Shown: positions 28,328-41,077 of the stretch, in pieces
Layout of the letters: each line of letters begins with the position of its first letter
Numbering within the stretch: position 1 is the stretch's first letter
Source: Tubulanus polymorphus
Taxonomy: Eukaryota > Animalia > Nemertea
NCBI RefSeq assembly: GCF_964204645.1
Contig: NC_134027.1
Coordinates: forward strand, 3,566,485 to 3,630,484
Direction: 5' to 3'
DNA: 64,000 nucleotides
Program-made: the position numbers and the translations under genes
The notes under the pieces: model-generated
The model's database searches: none
What the model was told of the DNA's origin: nothing
What the model saw: the letters and a program-made list of their open reading frames with translations, nothing else

Positions 28328-31300
28328 TCATGTCCCGAATTTCTTCTGTCTTAATGTTGGTGGCAGTGAATCGAGAAGGGCCATCGGTGTCACCTCAGTT
28401 ACGACTAATGAGCCATCACGTAGACTTCCAACATGAACCAAATACTGAAAGAGACATACACCATATAATAGTTACACTAACATTTGAGATAATATTCAGG
28501 GACCCAGTTCCACAGTTGTGAGTTAGAGTTAACTCTGAGTTAAAGTTAGTTCATTTTTAATGAGTTAACTCAGAGTCAAATCAGAACTCAGAACTGTGGA
28601 ACTGGACCCTGGAAGTACATTGCATTTACCTTGTATTTGTTGCAGATGTGTATCGCTCTGTTGACTTTCGATTGCTTCGTTTTAGTCTTTGGGGAACTTT
28701 TGGTTTTGCTCAAAAACGGCTGAAAACAAAAAAGTTCAAGTTATGAGCAAGAACTATTTACATTCCAGTAATGCACCTTCGCACATTCTCTCACCTTTGA
28801 CTTATCGAGTATGGCCAACTGCTGATCATCGTGCACAATGAACTGATCTTGATTGGAGTGATTATTGAAGAGGTTTAGTAGTTTATTTTGCCGATGAATC
28901 CAATCATGAGGAAACTGAGCTATGTGTTCCTTGCACCAGTCCGTGTATTGTCTCTTCTCATAGTCATATTCGAGCACCTAATCAATAGATTGACGCGACG
29001 TTTATTTTACTCTCTACATGGAAATCATCGATTCATATCGGATGTACACAACTTACCTTTCTATCGCAGTAAGCCACAGTTAATATAGTTGTGTCTGGTA
29101 GGAAACTTAAAGCTGTTGGCTGCACGTGATAGTTTGGTAATTTACATAAATACTGCAATGTTAATTCATCAGTTATCAGATGCAATGATAGTGTTACCAG
29201 TTTTAAATGAAATGTAAACCTGCGAAAAATTTCAATATCTTTTTCTAGGGTTCTTACAGACCAGGGAATCCAAAATTTCCCCAATTTTCCCCTAGCCAAC
29301 CATAAAATCCCTGATTGAATTATAAGATATCCTCAATGAGGGCTGTTGTCTGTTCCTTGTGCCACCCATCACCAGCAAGAACAAAAAATTCAAATTCCCT
29401 GATTTTCCAGAAGAGTCAGAATTCCCCGATTTTTCTGATACGTAAGAACCCTGTTTTTCTTATTCATACCACGATAACTACCTTTTTAGCATCTAGATCA
29501 TAAACGTAGACATTCCGCTGATGATCTGCAGCCGCGACACGAGTGCCATCATTATTGATAGCGAGTAGATGAATACATTCATTTGGTTCTGAAAATTCAA
29601 ACAAGATCAAAACATATGAACAAATGTCAAACAAATGACTTAAGTCAGGCATAAATTACGCTATACCTGATTCTGTAGATGGCTGCATCGTACAAATAAG
29701 ACTAGGTTGTATTTTATCGACTGAGATGACCTGCACGGTTCCATTGTTGGCTGCTGATATAAGTTTGGTCGAATCGTTGTTGAATACGAGTCTATGAGCT
29801 GGTAACACGTCTGGATGTTGATACCGCACTCGATGTAAACTGACGTTAATCGTATCCGATTCTTCCTGTAATTAATGAATGACATTTTCCTGTCTCAAGA
29901 GCTGGCACAATGAAGTAACCCGGCGTTCATACTATCCGCTAGTTAATCCGCTCTAATTTATATCTGGAACTGACCAAGTTAGAACCACTGTATCAATGAC
30001 ATCTTCAAATTAGCTGTTTTATCTCTGGTCCAGCAAGATGCAATAGAGAGATTGACAGCAAAGTATGCATAGTCATGGTCTGTTCTTAAATCTAGAACGG
30101 ACCTGGATTAGTCTTTTTGGACAGTGTTAATTGGTCTGTTCTAAAATGGAGCGACTAGTTCATCTCGGACTTTTCCCAGTTTCGATGTTCATCTGTCCAT
30201 TCAAAATAACGTACGCTGCTATAATTTCTGTTTTGACTTACCAATGTTACGTGATAGAGACGAACCGAGTACAGATCGGAATAAGCGATCCATTTACCGC
30301 ATGTACTTAATGCCGAACAAACTATAGTTTCCGCATCTCTCGATTTGAGCTGTAGCAGTTTGATCGGGTTCGTCGAAAGAGGAAGAATATCTCCATTTCT
30401 ATCTGTGAATAGAAACGAATGTTACTTTACAGTGAAACAGACATACGGTAAACTAATCAGAAAATTCATTCCAGTTTCTCACTCGATGTCTTATTAGTCG
30501 AGCCTAACTTCCATAATTCGAGGTAATTTGAATATTGTAACAAAACCGACGCATCAGCTGCCGCTATATGAACGACATTCTGAAAAATATATATAGATTG
30601 AGTAAATAAGATTAATCAGTCACAGATTCATCCTCGTTTGCTGTGTGTTTATTCACTAACCTGAGGTATCGCCGGTACTTTCTTATACTTTCCGTCAATC
30701 TTCCCTTTAAAGGGTAAATATATGAGATTACAATCGACACCTGAAAAGAACGAAGATTTTGAATAAATGACTTTTGTCTTTCATTACATTTCATTATTGG
30801 AGGTATTTTTGTACAAACCTCCAGAAACGAGGAATTCGCCGGTATGTACTAATGCTCTGACGTCATGTGTATGTGGATTCTGAAGGCGCATTTTCGAGTT
30901 CACCCAAGTTTTCCAATCGCTGTCGTCCTTCGTTTTGATGTATTCAAACTGCACTAAAGATGAATCTATTCCGCTGCAGAATACCGAGTCCCCGTCCTGA
31001 AATTATCGAATGCAAAATGAAAATATGTCACGTAGAATCATTAAATAAACATTCTACATTTGCGTCATACATATATCTAAACTCGCCTTATTTATACAAA
31101 GAGTTAGTACATCGGCTTGGTGGCTTTGGAAACTCTGTGAAAAAAAAAGAAATTGCTTTTGATAGCAACACATTTACAATTATCTATTAAACATAATTAA
31201 CCAAAACAATGAACTGAAGATATTTTCACCTTGATTTTAGTACCCATCTTTCCATTCCAAAATGATGTTTTCCCCCTCGAATCACCACTTATGATTGTCA

Positions 31301-32378
31301 TGTCTCTGAAAAATAACAACAAGACTCAGGGTCAACTCACATCTTTTTAAGAAATAAAACCGAAGTTTCATCAGAAATAAAATGAATTTAGGCAACACGG
31401 AATAAAACGTACTTCGTAACCGCCACGCACCAAATTATGGTTTCTTTACGAGGATCAATTCGACCAACAGTTAATCTTTGAATGGCATGCCCCGATTCGA
31501 CGCTCCAAACCCGGATATTCTCCATACCCCCGGTCACTATTCGATCTTCCGTGTCGTTCCAAGCAATGCATAAAATTCGACCTGAATTAAGAAAGGAATT
31601 AAAGAAAATATTGCACAACAGAGGCGCGACAATTTTGGAAGTGTCGTAGATTGACAACTTACTATCAATACGATCAAAGGATTTACTGTACTGCAAACTA
31701 TCAGATATAATATCAAACAACGCTACACATCCATCTTCAGTTCCTGCCTGTAAGAGATAATCCATATCTTAAATGATAAAACCTTTCTGGTTTAGATAGA
31801 GCTGAGTATATTAATCACTGTAAATGTGATGAAACTTACAGCAAGAAGAGTGCCAGATGTATTGACTGTAAGACACCAGACAGCACCAGAATAGGATGGA
31901 ACGGATTGCTGAAAAAAAGATCGATAAGATCCATTAAATCCTTCAATCCTTCCTTAAGATCCGTTAATCCTTTTCATGAATCTGACATGCGCGACTGATA
32001 AAAAGATTTCTAAATGTATAGGCCTACCTTAGGGCATAATTTCATCAAGTCATATTCAATGATTTCTCCTTGTAAACCGGTGGAGAAGAGACGCCCAGCC
32101 GACCAAACTAGCGCTTCAACCGACCGGCCTTCGCAGCTAGGAATTACCTAAATTAATATAAACAAAAATTCAAACACTGTTTAAACTCCTCAAAGGAGAG
32201 GCAATGAGAGAATTCTTACCTTTTCAAGAAACCAGTTATCGGGAATGCTCCATATTTCAATGGATCCATTTGATCGCGACAGAGCAATTCTTTTCTTATT
32301 CTCATCATATGCTAAGCAGTGAATGGCATGAGGGGTATATTCGAAGAAGCGAACCTGGTGAACCTTAAATTCAGCCAT
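28328..32378 (-). CDS. UTP4: U3 snoRNA-associated protein 4 (cirhin), WD40 repeats, ~14 exons
   Basis: N-terminus MAEFKVHQVRFFEYTPHAIHCLAY...IALSRSNGSIEIW; internal WD exons (GTEDGCVALF, ILCIAWNDTEDRIVTGGMENIRVW, KETIIWCVA); last exon 28328-28445 YLVHVGSLRDGSLVVTEVTPMALLDSLPPTLRQKKFGT*, matching the cirhin C-terminus. GT-AG boundaries throughout. Confidence 0.95.
28497..28611. mobile_element. ~115-bp palindromic MITE in the last UTP4 intron
   Basis: Left end cagggacccagttccacagttgtgagtt and right end aactcagaactgtggaactggaccctg form ~27-bp imperfect TIRs. Internal ttaactctgagttaa / ttaactcagagtcaa extend the hairpin. Confidence 0.85.
29246..29453. mobile_element. ~208-bp hAT-like MITE in a UTP4 intron
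   Basis: TIRs tagggttcttac ... gtaagaaccctg, flanked on both sides by tttttc(t), a probable TSD remnant. Internal aaattccc/aaatccctga subterminal repeats are present. Confidence 0.7.
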
Positions 32379-33109
32379 CACACTTCAAGGAGGAAGGGCA
32401 GACACCCAGTGCCGGTATGAAAGAAATCTGAAGAAAATGAAGGCGACTGTGTACATATAGGTGTGACAAACATAACAATAATATGATCAACAAAATTGAA
32501 GGCGTTACGGATCCATGTCAATGGTGCATTTGTTTCAACTTAATTTGGATAAAAGGGATGAATAAAGGAACCGAGTTTGAATTGAATTGCCTATTTTGGT
32601 TTCACCTAATCTATTGTTTCAGTTGTTACTGACTGACAACTGATTTTTCCACGCTCTTTCATGAATCTGAATGATTAACTTTAAACTGACTTGTATATCT
32701 GAAATAGGACTACCTACAAAGATCGAAATAATGCTTTATTTAAGGTTATAATCGTGGCAAACACGTTGAGTGCAGTGTTGGTTATTCAGCGGTGTATTAG
32801 GCACTGATTCAAGATGGAAGCTATGTAGAGGGCGCTGTAAAATGTTATAGAATGGCATCTCAATCATAGCATCCAGCTGGTACCGCTATGAGCATGATTG
32901 TGGTTCGAATCCCAATGTAAACTATCGTCATTCATCAATCTGACAGTAGATGGCAGTGCTAACCAGGAAGTCGACGCGCGGATAATTTAACACTAATCAT
33001 ACAAATTTGCCCTTAAGTTTAGCCAAAACTCTATCTGCAGTTTAATGTCCATATAATTTATTATGCAAATTATTGTTTCACATCATAAGTTGATGTCACA
33101 ATAATTATA
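32379..33109. promoter_or_regulatory. Bidirectional promoter and 5' UTRs of UTP4/CHTF8
   Basis: The two start codons diverge ~730 bp apart. The interval has CTCF-like tagagggcgct (32826) and acagtagatggcagt (32943), B-box-like ggttcgaatccc (32902) and ETS-like caggaagt (~32964). Confidence 0.65.
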
Positions 33110-33679
33110 ATGCAGATTGTTATCCAAATGTAAGAAAGACAAAACAATTGAATGAAGTCATACTAATTACCAAAAATAACCGACTGATCCTTTTTATTTT
33201 CCGATATTCTTTTTTTATAATATTGATAATCGTATGTTCATAGACCGAGTGATGATGGTTCTCAAGAATGGACGATGGTGGAACTTCAGGGTGATTTAGA
33301 AAACAGACACGGAGGAAGTCCTAATCTTTCCGGTAAATTCATCGGTGATTTACACTTCACGAAAAAGGTATCGAACTTGAGTGAAAAAGCAATCCCTGAA
33401 TATTTGATCGATGTAGACAATAAAAAGTTTGAAAATCTATTTCAGGGAGTACCAATACTCATAATTGGACATCATATACTGTATGGGAAGGTGACGAATC
33501 TCGACAAGCCGTTCGCCGTTGTTAGAAAGGAGAGAAATATCATTCCACTTCAAGAAGCAATTGAAGCTGATTTGACAGCAGAAGGGAACAGTTACATCGT
33601 AAAAGCTATCATTACAAAAAAACTTGTCTTCAAAACTCGTCCGAAGCCGATTATAGCTCATGTACCTAAGAAAATATGA
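33110..33679 (+). CDS. CHTF8: Chromosome transmission fidelity factor 8 (Ctf18-RFC subunit), 3 exons
   Basis: MQIVIQ (ATG 33110, donor gtaag at 33130); exon 2 ...[13 protein letters not shown]...GDLHFTKK; exon 3 [25 protein letters not shown]...[19 protein letters not shown]. These closely match Ctf8 motifs. Confidence 0.95.
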
Positions 33680-35160
33680 AGATTCATGGATTATAAAAAA
33701 AAGCTGGATGCTACTTATATTGAGAATGGAAGATTAGTTTCTGTTGTATTTCTGTCCATCAGTGAATTAAACTGTGATTAATAGTATGCCTCTGAATGCT
33801 TACCATATTCATGCATTTACGTTTGGCACTTAACGGTTTAATCTGCAGTTGTACATGTAATTCTAAAAAAGTAAATAAGCTGTATCTGTAATGACTTCAT
33901 ACGGAAAAATGTCTGGCCAAAATATATGAATTTCATTACATCCGATATGCACATTGTATCATACACAGATCTTGCCAAACTCAACTATTATATCAACATT
34001 TGATAATAAACACGATGTTTACAGAAGATATGAATTAATCTTGATTATTCGATAAGAGTCTTATTTATGTATTTATCTATTGTCTTTAAATGATATCGAG
34101 TTATCGTACTAAACGTACATAGGTTTATCAGTTTTGAATTCTCGAGGAAAATCGGGTTATTCCGTCATTATCGATATGACCTCGGTCCATGCTGATTTAT
34201 TTGGCCACTCTGTCCGCGAAAACTTGTGATCGTTACACTCGGACACCAATCACACGGGAAAACTGATGCGGATGTTTATCAAGATAAGAAATGGACTACA
34301 CGTACGCATTAGATGTATATAAGCCTACATTGAATATTTCATTTTCTTTCGCTTATCGACGAAGACCATTAAGTTATTATCGTAATTGCCAAAATTAATG
34401 ATTTGCGTTCGGGTGCCAAATTAGACAATAATTCAGTCTGAAGTAAGTTTCGCGTACCAGCATTTGGTGCAATCATGGACTGTGAAACGAACTAGAGTTT
34501 TACGGTGCAATACATAAAACTTGTTACAGCGATAGTACTCTAGTACTTATTGCTGCACTGATTCCCGTTCTATTGCACTCACACGCTTCAAACACTTAAG
34601 ATATTTATCTAGCACTTAAAAACTGTTATAATATTTTGTAATCTGAAAATGATGATTAAGCCATTATTTTAGACTCCTTGTCATTATCAGATAATGAATA
34701 ACCCAAATAACGCCTGCTTATGAATATAAGAAAATTACTCAGTCGAGCCAGTGTTCGATGATAATTAATGAATCAACGATGGTTTCGTTTGCTTTTTTCG
34801 CTCATATGACCAAATTTCAAAATCGTCTGCGTCTGGATCGATCGATATGACGTACGCTCGATATTGACTTTTAATCACCTACTGGAAGATAGCGGACAAA
34901 TAAAAGAAGATAAAACTTTCTAAACCAACCGCAGCTTATCAGTCACATGACTTTCCAGTACGTATATAACCTGGATATAGCAAGTGCCAGCGCTGGTCTC
35001 TCATTGCAGCCCTTTCCAGGAAACGCAACAGCTGATTAGCGATCTGATTTTCATCTCCACATCAATGTATAAATATAACGAAGTCAACACAATCTACGTT
35101 TAATTAGTAACAAGAATTCAATCGATCAAAATTGCGGGCTGCTTGAGAACTTTGCGAAAA

Positions 35161-37031
35161 ATGAGTTACATCAAAGTCGGCGTCATTTCTGCATTGTTGG
35201 CCGTGGTCGTGGTCAGCGTGTACTTGGTATACTTCCGACACCCGCCGCCGGACGATATTTTAGCAGCCAACCGAAAAAAGACAGCTTCATCGAGACTGGC
35301 GCGTCAGGCTTTACGGGATGATTACGATTACGACGACGATGATCCAGTTGCTGCCTCGAAGAGAATGTGGGAATCTTGGATTGAAGAAAATGGCCACGTG
35401 TCTATTGGTGAACTATACGATAAATGCGGTGAGTATGACTTATGTAAGATTAATTATCTAGCCGAAATTGAACAGTTACGTGATTGAAATTCGACTCTTC
35501 ACCAAATTTACTTATAATAAGATTATCTAAGTCAAATAGCACTTTTCCAGTTGTATAGGCTATACTACATACATCTTGAAACATTTGTACATTTCTTTAG
35601 TTCACGAGTAAGAGTTTAGCGATACGTTTAATCTTTTCATGAAATAGAACTTCTGTAATAAAAAGAAAAAAAAAACAATCAATTTAAACAATCCCAGATT
35701 GTGAATTCATTCTTTAAAACTAAGTTTACTATGATTCATTATAAAACAATGACAGCTATGCAGATCGTTTTGATCGTTGAATCCTGGTACTGCTGCAAAA
35801 TGTATTACATACATACACAGTTAACGGGTTGAATTTGGGTATTTTTATCACACCGCGGATAATCGAGATCACGGGATACAATTTCCTCTTAAAAATGTTC
35901 ATACTACGGTTAAAAACTGTGTCAGTACATCAGTACTATAGTACTGAATAATGTTATGATAATTGATACTGCGTGTGTGTCACATTTCGCGTAATCCAAT
36001 TAGCAGTTACGTAGAATCCTTCTTTCACGGCTAACCACAGGGCCAGAGCCAGAATTTCGGAAAAGGTTTACTTTTTAATTCATCATGAACAATTTTCGAT
36101 TGCAGAAGGTGACGATAGAATAATGGTTGGAAAGACGATCTTGGTACCTGACAAGAAATTGGGAGGAGTGACGTCATTTACCTATGTCAATGTTACCTGG
36201 GGTGAGTTAACAAAATTATGAACACTGGGTTAAAGGGAAGCCATGGGGGGTACCGTGCACATAGATATCGATAGAATCATTTATAATGTAGTCTACTTGA
36301 CCTGTCACTATCAGTCACTTTGTGACTAGACGTGATAAAAATCGCGATTGTCTTTGAATTATGAATTTGTTGATGGTAGGCCTAACCGCGAAGCTGTATT
36401 CCTATCTTGAAGATCAAAGTTGACGATATGTCAATTCGGCAATGATTGTATCGAATATATTGCATTTTCTTTTCATATACATATTTTTTTGATATAGGCC
36501 TATCTCTTTTGATTAACCGATGACGAAAAGTTCGTTTCTGGTCGCCTATTTATTCGACCAGCCTTATATTTCTATAGCCTTATATTACTCTGTAGAAAAA
36601 TATCGCTTATTATACTATCAATTCATAAAGGGTTGATAAAGACATGAGTAAATAAAGACATGATTTGATTACAGAAAACTTGATCGATGATGGCGAATTG
36701 TTTATCGAGGTGAAATACAACGGTAAAGACTTGTACAGCAATCATTGGGAACTATGTACTGTAGATGAAGGCGAGGAAGATCAGATCATATTCTGCCCCA
36801 TAAAACCAGGACAAAAGAATTATAGAAAACAACTAAAGATACCAAATTATATACCTAAGGTGAGGACATCCACGAAAAAGAATCACTTCAATTAACAAAA
36901 TTTGCGCAGGTTTTTCAGCTGTGAAATACGATGTTTTATGTTCATTTTAGGGTCGATATGTAACGAAGGCGTGGGCCACAGATCAAGATGGAAATGAAAT
37001 AGGTTGCGCCTATTCTGATTTCGTGTTATAG
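35161..37031 (+). CDS. ML (MD-2/NPC2/PG-PI transfer protein-like) lipid-recognition domain protein with N-terminal membrane anchor, 4 exons
   Basis: Exons ~35161-35428, 36106-36201, 36675-36859 and 36951-37031 join in frame. The ML pattern is YDKC...DDGELFIEVKY...ELC...CPIKPG...LKIPNYIPKGRYVTKAWATDQDGNEIGC. The N-terminus is hydrophobic (VGVISALLAVVVVSVYLVYF). Confidence 0.85.
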
Positions 37032-38371
37032 AACGAACAAAATGCGCAGAAACGGGTCTCGGTGCAATAGAAGAGAGGAATATGGTCCAACAGGACTCCA
37101 GTCCTCCTCGATAAGTTGATGGCTAATACGAAGAGATGAAAGATAGTTTTAAACCTGTAGAACTGTAAGCTTGTGTGACGAGTGAATTCATTTCCCGGTG
37201 ACTCTTTCCATCTTCCCGGCGGTTTTATCGCCAGCCAGCTGCCTCTTCGTTCCAGAATATCCTCTATATTCCAAGTCAAGTATTTCACTATAACGTGCAT
37301 AGGTTGTAGATGTTACTGAAAGATCTGTCTATATTTACTGTGATTAACTTATTCGTGTATACATTTATTATTGAACTAACAATCCGCGTTGGTATCACAA
37401 AGCCCAAGTACTTCAAAAAATGGTCAACTGTTTGATATTCAATTTCTTACGATATTCATTTGGTTGATAATCTTCGAAATTTGATCCATTAACGTTTCTT
37501 ATAGCTCGGTAGCGTTGAAACTGAAGTCGACCCTCTACACGTCACTACATTGACAGTGTGGTTGGACCTTGGTGTAAAGATACCTTCAATGCGGTGCGAT
37601 CTTGTAAAACCTGGTGTATTGGTGCTATTTTCATTTTTACCGATGTCCACTGAACCGGTGTTACCGTCATTGTGATGTGCGTATCATTTTGCAAAGAATT
37701 AACACCGGTCCTCAGCGTTATGGTCATCCGTTTAATACTTATATTATATTTTCATGTAATGATATATGTTCATTATATAGGTTTATTATTGATTGAAGAA
37801 TATACTGTAATCATGTGTATGGCATAAACATGCGGTCAAACTGTTCTCAAAGTTCGAGTATTTCAGTTAGATAAACTGCTCGATCTAAAACTCGATCTCG
37901 ATAAACGCCAGTTTATGATTATCAAGAAAAGCGATAATGCATTGTTAATCATACCAGTTCAAGGCACGCTTTAAGTAGCTGTTCTAATGTTAACTAAGAT
38001 ATTGCCAAAAATCACGTACTTCGTATGAAATCGATAGAAACAGATCTTTGGTTCACGACGAAACGATCATTGATTTTGTATTTTTCGTTTTATTCTAATA
38101 AAAAAGTTATGATTTTATTTATATATCTAAAACCTATATCCGAATAAAGAAGCACTTTGATTAGTTCTCGATCAATATACACTTACTATTCCAATAACAT
38201 AATGTTCATCTCAAATCTAAAAATTACTGAAAGCATGCATAATTTCCACTGCTATATGTACTGAGTGGACTTTTTTTTGGAAATAACTATGACATGATAT
38301 TGTGAAGCATAATATTTTTGCGCGCGTTAGAGCCTGATGTGATATGTATAGAATGGAGTAGAAATACGTCG

Positions 38372-38440
38372 AGTTCCATTGTTGTGAGTTTAATTCGAAT
38401 TTAGAATCAAGCTCGTAAACAACTAATAGAACTGTGGAAC
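38372..38440. mobile_element. Degenerate relic of the same MITE family as 28497-28611
   Basis: agttccattgttgtgagtt ... agaactgtggaac resembles both TIRs of that element. Confidence 0.5.
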
Positions 38441-39825
38441 AATTTCTGAGGTTAGTTTTAGATTCGTGTGAAAAGATGATACCACGATGAATGACGAAGA
38501 TTCATATTGAATCGCAAAATACTGGACCTATCCCTTTGTGTACGGATCAACACGGGGATTTAGGCACGAAAAACACTTAAAGAAATAAAAAAGGCATAAA
38601 TAAGGCTGCAGAAAAGATCGTACTGTATGATAAACATGTAACATTCATATATAGTTGCAGTCTTACATATGAAACCATTCAATTCTCAAAATGTAAGAGA
38701 AAAGCGGTAATAATCATTACTATAATTGTATTTTTGTATTATTTTTGTTAATAATTCAATGAAAAAAATGATAAAGTTTAATTACTAACGAAGTTGATTG
38801 CAATCTTGTATTGAATATTCAATCCTATGTTCGACCCGATAAAAGTAATTGAGAAATGGAAATAATGTAATTCTATGGATTTGATTCACATTCCGATATG
38901 ATTTCACAAAATTCATAAGACAAATAAAATAATCATACGTAGATGAAATCAAATGATGTTTCTTGTAACTTGTTTTCACGGTAATACGTGGTTTACCGGA
39001 TAGGAATGGGGTTTTTCATACTCACGTTATCCTTCGGTAAACGTAAACCATTCCTGAAATAAGCTTTCCGGATTTAGAAGCTGGAACATACGAGAAAGAA
39101 AAATTGAAATCGAATGTTCTGCAATTCTCCCTGGGGAAAAAGGATTCCGTATCATCTACCGATTTCGAGGAATTGCAATCAACTCAAATGACGGAACTCG
39201 CAGTTATGATTATCTATTACTATTGTGCGTAAAATGAATATCCATTTCAGTAATATGTATAGGCCTACGCTGCATAGAATTTGAATTTTTGATGAATACA
39301 CCAGAATAACCAAACGTGAATTGAATAGTGTCCTTTTGTTTCAAATATAACTTTGAACATTCTGATCTTCCTGGTTCAGTCCCTCTCGTTTTTGCTTTAA
39401 TAATAATTAGTTCCGTAGGTTTTTGCACTTTCACACGGTGGCTGGTGTGTATATGATATCGACTCATTAGGGATCGAAGGTGATAAGTGTGGAAGTGTTG
39501 ATGGCCCAATTATCGATTCTTGCAATTCGGTTGTGGATAAAGGCGTGTTCGTCAATATTCGTGCTATAAGTTCCGAATCCTTGCGGAAAATCATCTAAAC
39601 TCTTCGTAACTGATGGACAGAATATCGGTTTCAGGAACAAAACGCTGTTGACTTGCTTTGAATGTGACTGTTTTGGAAACTGTGACGATTTTACGAGCGA
39701 TGAATTAGTTATTGGACAACAACTTTGAGCAAGGCTTAACAATCCGTATACATCGTGTAGGTTCTCACGGGATTGTAGCTGACTTTTCTCGCAAGGTCAT
39801 CACGGTTTCATCACCTTTATTCAGA

Positions 39826-40842
39826 ATGTACAACAACACGACAATCGTTATAAATACTGTTAATCACTCTAAAACTGTTGAAGAGGTTATTGTACCGGGT
39901 CTGGTGTATACTGTTATATTTTCGATTTTACGTCTTGTTATTTTGTCTATGGGTGTATTCGGTAATGGATTACTGATTATTTCGTACATAGTATGCGGTA
40001 AGCTTCGCACGAGCACAAATGCATTCATACTGATGGTCGCTATCTCAGATTTGATGCTCGCGTTACTCTTGATAGCCGAGAAGCTGATTACATTCTTCGG
40101 GTGGCATCATCTGTTGGACCAGCGGACACATATACCCACGATTTTCATCCTCATTACCTTTATAACGTATGCCGTGTCGGTTTTTGGTCAAGTGGCGATC
40201 TCTGCAAATCGATATGTGAAAATATGTCGTCCGAAATATTATGATTCGTTGTATACGAATCGTATGATTGTTCTCTACACGGTTATTTTGTTCTCGAGCG
40301 CCATTCTGATTCAATCCTGCATAACTTTCGTCGGAAAATGTCGAATGTATTTCGATGGATTTATGATACGACTAGCCACTAGGAATCAGGATCACTGTCT
40401 CTACGCGTTTATGGGCGAACTTTCGTCTCCGACTATAATCATTTTCGTTCTGTACTTTGAAATATTTCGTACGATCTACAAAAGCGGACGACGAACGAAA
40501 AGATCGTCATCAGCCAAGAAACAGTTGCGCGTTACGATCGGACTGTGCGCCGCATTCGTTACCCTGGTCGTGGCCTTTACGCCATGGTCGGTAGTGGCCA
40601 TATTAGATAGCTTTTTGCAAACTAACGCAACTTTTCAGGCAATCAGACTTGCTTGCGAATGGACTATGCTGACAACGATTTCAAACCCGATTATTTACGG
40701 TTTAATGAACACGAATTTCAAACGCGGATATCTAATCGTCATTCGTAAATGTATCCCGGGATGCGGAAGAACATTCCTCAATTTTGAACGAAACCGAAAC
40801 CACAGCAGCGCAAACACGAATACGACCTCATCTTCTGTTTAA
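39826..40842 (+). CDS. Intronless class A (rhodopsin-like) GPCR, orphan, NRY type (melatonin/GPR84/tre1-like group)
   Basis: Seven hydrophobic segments with GN in TM1 (GVFGNGLLI), VAISDL in TM2, ANRYVKIC, AFTPW in TM6, SNPIIYG and helix 8 NTNFKRGY. N-terminal N-glycosylation sequons. ATG at 39826 follows an acceptor-like ttattcag; the ORF track start at 39712 is a TTG. Confidence 0.9.
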   Translation: MYNNTTIVINTVNHSKTVEEVIVPGLVYTVIFSILRLVILSMGVFGNGLLIISYIVCGKLRTSTNAFILMVAISDLMLALLLIAEKLITFFGWHHLLDQRTHIPTIFILITFITYAVSVFGQVAISANRYVKICRPKYYDSLYTNRMIVLYTVILFSSAILIQSCITFVGKCRMYFDGFMIRLATRNQDHCLYAFMGELSSPTIIIFVLYFEIFRTIYKSGRRTKRSSSAKKQLRVTIGLCAAFVTLVVAFTPWSVVAILDSFLQTNATFQAIRLACEWTMLTTISNPIIYGLMNTNFKRGYLIVIRKCIPGCGRTFLNFERNRNHSSANTNTTSSSV

Positions 40843-41077
40843 TTAATCATATATAAACCTCAAAACGAATTTCCATATATATTCTAGAATGCACCAGTCT
40901 TGTTCACGTACACATTCCTTTGTAAATCAAATACTTATACGATATAAGTGAATAAAGCAAAGATATTCTAAAGGTATGAATATATAAGCATTTTGTTGTT
41001 GTCATTAAGCCGTTGTAAAGAAGTAGGCGAACTTGTTGATATAAGATAGTATAGGACATGCTCCATTACATATATCA

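Noticed and set aside
29590-30240. Long UTP4 intron as a snoRNA host
   Set aside because: No box C (RTGATGA) paired with box D on the sense strand was found. It looks more like decayed repeats.
31925-31975. Direct repeat taagatccattaaatcctt / taagatccgttaatcctt
   Set aside because: A small local intronic duplication with no further structure. Similar trivial duplications occur at ~8150, ~14885, ~36560 and ~49230.
32880-32930. tRNA gene at the ggttcgaatccc motif
   Set aside because: No acceptor stem, D-arm or terminator is visible, so it is reported only as a B-box-like motif.
37650-37715. 10-bp inverted repeat accggtgtta...taacaccggt after the ML gene, as a possible SECIS or pre-miRNA
   Set aside because: The interior does not pair well, there is no SECIS core geometry, and the upstream CDS has no in-frame TGA.
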